64,000 nt of DNA from Thermodesulfobacteriota bacterium (GTDB lineage Bacteria > Desulfobacterota > Desulfarculia > JACQYL01), in assembly GCA_963675595.2 (NCBI GenBank), contig CAXXLZ010000002.1, positions 3,808,001 through 3,872,000 on the forward strand, read 5' to 3'. Position 1 is the first letter of the stretch; each line of letters opens with the position of its first letter. The notes beneath the pieces were generated by a model. It did not search any database and had not been told where the DNA came from. It saw only the letters and a list, made by a program, of their open reading frames with translations. Positions 57,944 through 64,000 of the stretch are shown here, one piece after another. A program made the position numbers and the translations under genes.

Positions 57944-58372
57944 ATGGTCAAAATTGATAACTCCTTGTTTTTTCAGATATTCAACTTCCTGGTTCTGCTC
58001 TGGATCCTCAATCTGATTCTCTATAAGCCGATTCGAAGGATTCTTGCCGAAAGAAAACAGCGGATTGAGGGGTATTTGAAAGATATCAAGGAATTGGGGA
58101 AGCAGATCGACGAAGAACAGGAAGAAATTACCCGGCTTTCCAATGAAGCGCGTCGTATGGGATTCGAGGAAAAGGAAGCCTTGAAGCAACAGGCTCGAAA
58201 AGAAGAAGAGCGCATCCTATCCGAAATGTCGACGCAGATGGAAGTCAGGATCGGGGCAATGAAGGAACAGATCGCCGGAGACGTGGCGGAAGCGCGCAAG
58301 GCCCTGAAAGGGCAGTTGGATACGTTCGCCCGCGAACTGGCCGTCAAGATTTTGGGGAGGCAAGTCGGATGA
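57944..58372 (+). CDS. atpF: ATP synthase Fo subunit b'
   Basis: QIFNFLVLLWILNLILYKPI..ILAERK followed by coiled coil. Confidence 0.88.
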   Translation: MVKIDNSLFFQIFNFLVLLWILNLILYKPIRRILAERKQRIEGYLKDIKELGKQIDEEQEEITRLSNEARRMGFEEKEALKQQARKEEERILSEMSTQMEVRIGAMKEQIAGDVAEARKALKGQLDTFARELAVKILGRQVG

Positions 58373-59031
58373 TCGTGGACAGGCGAAAAATCGGTGTGGG
58401 ATTGATGTTGATCGCGGTCCTGTTGGCGGCCTTCCTTTGCGTGAACGTAACTTCGGGGGGGCTGGGCGCCCCGGCGTACGCGTCGGAAGCAACGACCCAC
58501 GGAGAAGAGGGGCATGGCGGTGAAACGGCGGCCCACGGAGGCGACTCCTCGGCCAAGCTGATGGACCTGTTATATCGGACGATCTGTTTCGGCGTGGTCT
58601 TCTTGGGTCTGTTCTTCCTCCTCCGCAAAGTCATTCCTCAGTTTCTCTCCAACCGACGTGAATCCATCAAGCAGGAACTGGATGAGCTTGAAAAGAAGAA
58701 GAAAGACACGGAAGCCATGTTGGGCGACTTCCGTAAGAAGCTTAAAGAGATCGAGTCGGAGCGCGAAAGCATCATCGCTGAGTATGTGAAGGAAGGTGAA
58801 GCGGAAAAGGAAAAAATCATCGAGCAGGCGAAGATCATGGGAGAACGGATCGAGGAGCAGGCTCGATGGACTATCGACCAAGAGGTGAAGCGGGCCAAGA
58901 CGGACTTGCGTTCGGAGATCGCTGAACTCGCGGCTGCCATGGCTGAAGAGGTAATTCGTAAGAACATCGGTGAAGAAGACGAAAAAAGATTAGTTGACGA
59001 ATACTTAGAAAAGGTGGTGGAAACGGCGTGA
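58369..59031 (+). CDS. atpF: ATP synthase Fo subunit b with N-terminal extension
   Basis: Signal-like stretch, His/Gly-rich linker, TM, coiled coil. Confidence 0.88.
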   Translation: MIVDRRKIGVGLMLIAVLLAAFLCVNVTSGGLGAPAYASEATTHGEEGHGGETAAHGGDSSAKLMDLLYRTICFGVVFLGLFFLLRKVIPQFLSNRRESIKQELDELEKKKKDTEAMLGDFRKKLKEIESERESIIAEYVKEGEAEKEKIIEQAKIMGERIEEQARWTIDQEVKRAKTDLRSEIAELAAAMAEEVIRKNIGEEDEKRLVDEYLEKVVETA

Positions 59032-59573
59032 GCAGCAAGATTTTAGCAAGACGGTACGCCAACGCCCTATTGGCGGTTGGGAAGGAGGACGGCCAGTTTC
59101 TCCAATATGGAGAAGAACTGAATGAGTTTGCCGGCCTGCTCAAAGAGAACAAACAACTCCTGGATGCTCTATCAAACCCCTTGTACAAGGTGAAGAGCCG
59201 GAAGGCGGTGCTCTCGTTCCTTCTCGACCGGAGCAAGTACTCGCCGATGGTGACCAATTTCATCAACCTTTTGATGGAAAAAGGCCGCATCCGATTCGTC
59301 GCGGGGATCACGGAGCGCTATGGCGAGCTTACGGACTCTATCCAGAATATCGCCCGCGCGACACTGGTTTCGGCGGTGAAGCTACCAGAGGACACCGTTG
59401 ACCGGGTCAAGGAAGCGGTTGAGAAGATAACCAAGAAAACCATCAGGCTCCAGAGCGAGGTGGATCCGGCGCTGATTGGTGGAATCGTCACCAGAGTAGG
59501 TGATTTGATTTTCGACGGCAGTGTTCGGAGTCAGTTGGAGAGTCTGAAGAAATCATTGAAGAGGGGTGACTAG
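59028..59573 (+). CDS. atpH: ATP synthase delta
   Basis: [24 protein letters not shown]. Confidence 0.95.
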   Translation: MSSKILARRYANALLAVGKEDGQFLQYGEELNEFAGLLKENKQLLDALSNPLYKVKSRKAVLSFLLDRSKYSPMVTNFINLLMEKGRIRFVAGITERYGELTDSIQNIARATLVSAVKLPEDTVDRVKEAVEKITKKTIRLQSEVDPALIGGIVTRVGDLIFDGSVRSQLESLKKSLKRGD

Positions 59574-59578
59574 GCTCT

Positions 59579-61093
<1,515 letters not shown>

Positions 61094-61111
61094 AAGGAAA
61101 CGGGAACTCCC

Positions 61112-61999
61112 ATGGCATCACTTAGAGACGTTAAACGAAAGATCGGGGCGGTCAAAAAGACCAAGCAGATCACCAAGGCCATGAACATGGTCTCGGCTGC
61201 GAAGCTTCGCGGCGCCCAGAACCGGATGGAGCAGTTCAAACCATACGCGGCGAAGTTTGGTGAAGTGTTGGAAAACCTGTCGCTCAGGTGCGACCCGGAC
61301 ATACATCCTTTGTTGGTGCAACGGGAAGAGGTGAAAAACGTCGAGCTCATCCTCGTTACCTCCGACCGCGGGCTGTGCGGGAGCTACAACACGAACCTCA
61401 ACAACACCGCGTTCAGGTGGTTTCAAGAGCAGAAGCGCCTTGGACGAAACCCTCTTTTGACGGTTATCGGTCGGAAGGGCCGGGACTTCTTTCGAAGAAG
61501 AAGGTTCGATTTTCGGGGATCCTACACGGACTATTATGGTAGCTACGACTACTCCGTTGCTCACGAAATCGCCCAGAAGAGCATTGACGGCTACCTGTTC
61601 GGAGAGGTGGACGAGGTCCACGTGCTCTACGCTGAGTTTATCAACGTGGGGATTCAGAGACCGAGGCTCTTCAAACTGATTCCCATTGCCCCGACGGTCT
61701 GCGCGGCCGACGAGGGGGAAGAGCAGCCCGCCCAACTATCCGAATATCTTTGCGAGCCTTCGGCGGAAGAACTTCTGATTGAACTGCTGCCGAAAAACAT
61801 AGACGTGCAGGTGACGAGCATTCTGCTTGAAGCGGTCGCCGCGGAACACGCCGCCCGTATGACCGCCATGGACAATGCCCAATCGAACTGTAACGATATG
61901 CTTGAACGGCTGACGCTGATCTACAACAAAGCTCGGCAAGCTTCGATCACAACGGAGCTCATGGACATTGTCGGTGGCTCGGAAGCCTTGAAAGGTTAA
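61112..61999 (+). CDS. atpG: ATP synthase gamma
   Basis: QITKAMNMVSAAK, SDRGLCG, ARQASITTEL. Confidence 0.97.
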   Translation: MASLRDVKRKIGAVKKTKQITKAMNMVSAAKLRGAQNRMEQFKPYAAKFGEVLENLSLRCDPDIHPLLVQREEVKNVELILVTSDRGLCGSYNTNLNNTAFRWFQEQKRLGRNPLLTVIGRKGRDFFRRRRFDFRGSYTDYYGSYDYSVAHEIAQKSIDGYLFGEVDEVHVLYAEFINVGIQRPRLFKLIPIAPTVCAADEGEEQPAQLSEYLCEPSAEELLIELLPKNIDVQVTSILLEAVAAEHAARMTAMDNAQSNCNDMLERLTLIYNKARQASITTELMDIVGGSEALKG

Positions 62000-62003
62000 C
62001 TAA

Positions 62004-63431
<1,428 letters not shown>

Positions 63432-63440
63432 ACCGCGACC

Positions 63441-63866
63441 ATGGCTGACAAGGACAAGATCCTCCTTGAGGTGGTAACACCGGAAAAGGTTCTGGCCCAG
63501 GTTAAGGCGGACATCGTCGTTGCTCCCGGATACGAGGGTGAGTTTGGTGTGCTTCCCGGCCACTTGCCCTTTCTCACTTCCCTCCAGACCGGTGAGATGT
63601 ACTATAAGGACGGTGGAGAGACGCACTACTTGGCCATTAACGGCGGGTACGCGGAGGTTCTTCCTGACAAGGTCACGGTATTGGCCGAGGAGGCGGAATC
63701 CGCCAGAGACATAGACGTCGATCGTGCCAAGCGTGCCAGGGAACGTGCCGAGGAACGCATTAAGAAAGCAAAATCGGAAGGTTTGGACTACATCCAGGCG
63801 GAGGCCGAGCTTCGGCGAGCCATGGTGTGGCTGAAAGTTGCCGAAAGGCGGCTCAGCGTACAATAA
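63441..63866 (+). CDS. atpC: ATP synthase epsilon
   Basis: LEVVTPE, GEFGVLPGH, GGYAEV. Confidence 0.96.
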   Translation: MADKDKILLEVVTPEKVLAQVKADIVVAPGYEGEFGVLPGHLPFLTSLQTGEMYYKDGGETHYLAINGGYAEVLPDKVTVLAEEAESARDIDVDRAKRARERAEERIKKAKSEGLDYIQAEAELRRAMVWLKVAERRLSVQ

Positions 63867-63893
63867 GAGTTCAAAAATATTCGAGACGAATTG

Positions 63894-63923
63894 GGGGGCG
63901 GCTTAGGTCGCCCCCTCTTTTTT
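63894..63923 (+). terminator. Intrinsic terminator of the atp operon
   Basis: GGGGGCGGC-TTAG-GTCGCCCCC followed by TCTTTTTT. Confidence 0.85.
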
Positions 63924-64000
63924 GGGATGATGGAGAAAGATCGTTTGCCGGGCGTGCTTGCGTAGTGGTAAGGTGGCTCGCTGTTGAGGAGGTTTGACTT

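Overview
GC-rich bacterial chromosome segment, most consistent with an anaerobic Desulfobacterota (delta-proteobacterial) genome (DVU0772-family gene, system II cytochrome c maturation, atpF'FHAGDC operon without atpB/atpE). Left core (1-13.5 kb): resB/ccsA, rubredoxin, DVU0772-like gene, acyl-CoA carboxyltransferase, a degenerate stand-alone FtsZ paralog, and a fadN-fadA-fadE operon with two Bacillus-FadR-like boxes. Accessory region (about 13.5-36.9 kb): RAYT relics, a twice-repeated three-hairpin element, an IS1634 nested in a deleted IS1634, a triple-nested IS1380/ISNCY/IS1380 stack in an ADP-ribosylglycohydrolase pseudogene, a PNPOx-like plus rifampicin-phosphotransferase-like pair, a diheme cytochrome, a SOUL protein and a hybrid kinase/HD-GYP pair. 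At 37-44.9 kb is a five-gene operon (DUF2162-like, MotA/ExbB, DUF2149, exported BtuF-CbiZ fusion, exported membrane-anchored CobN-like chelatase) with no chelatase ATPase. It is cut off from an upstream region carrying a Fur-like box by a head-to-tail IS dimer. Right core (49-64 kb): K+ channel, hpt, mreBCD-mrdA-rodA and ATP synthase. Best candidates for new biology are the exported CobN/CbiZ/ExbB module and the FtsZ paralog. All family calls are from motif recognition, not database searches.
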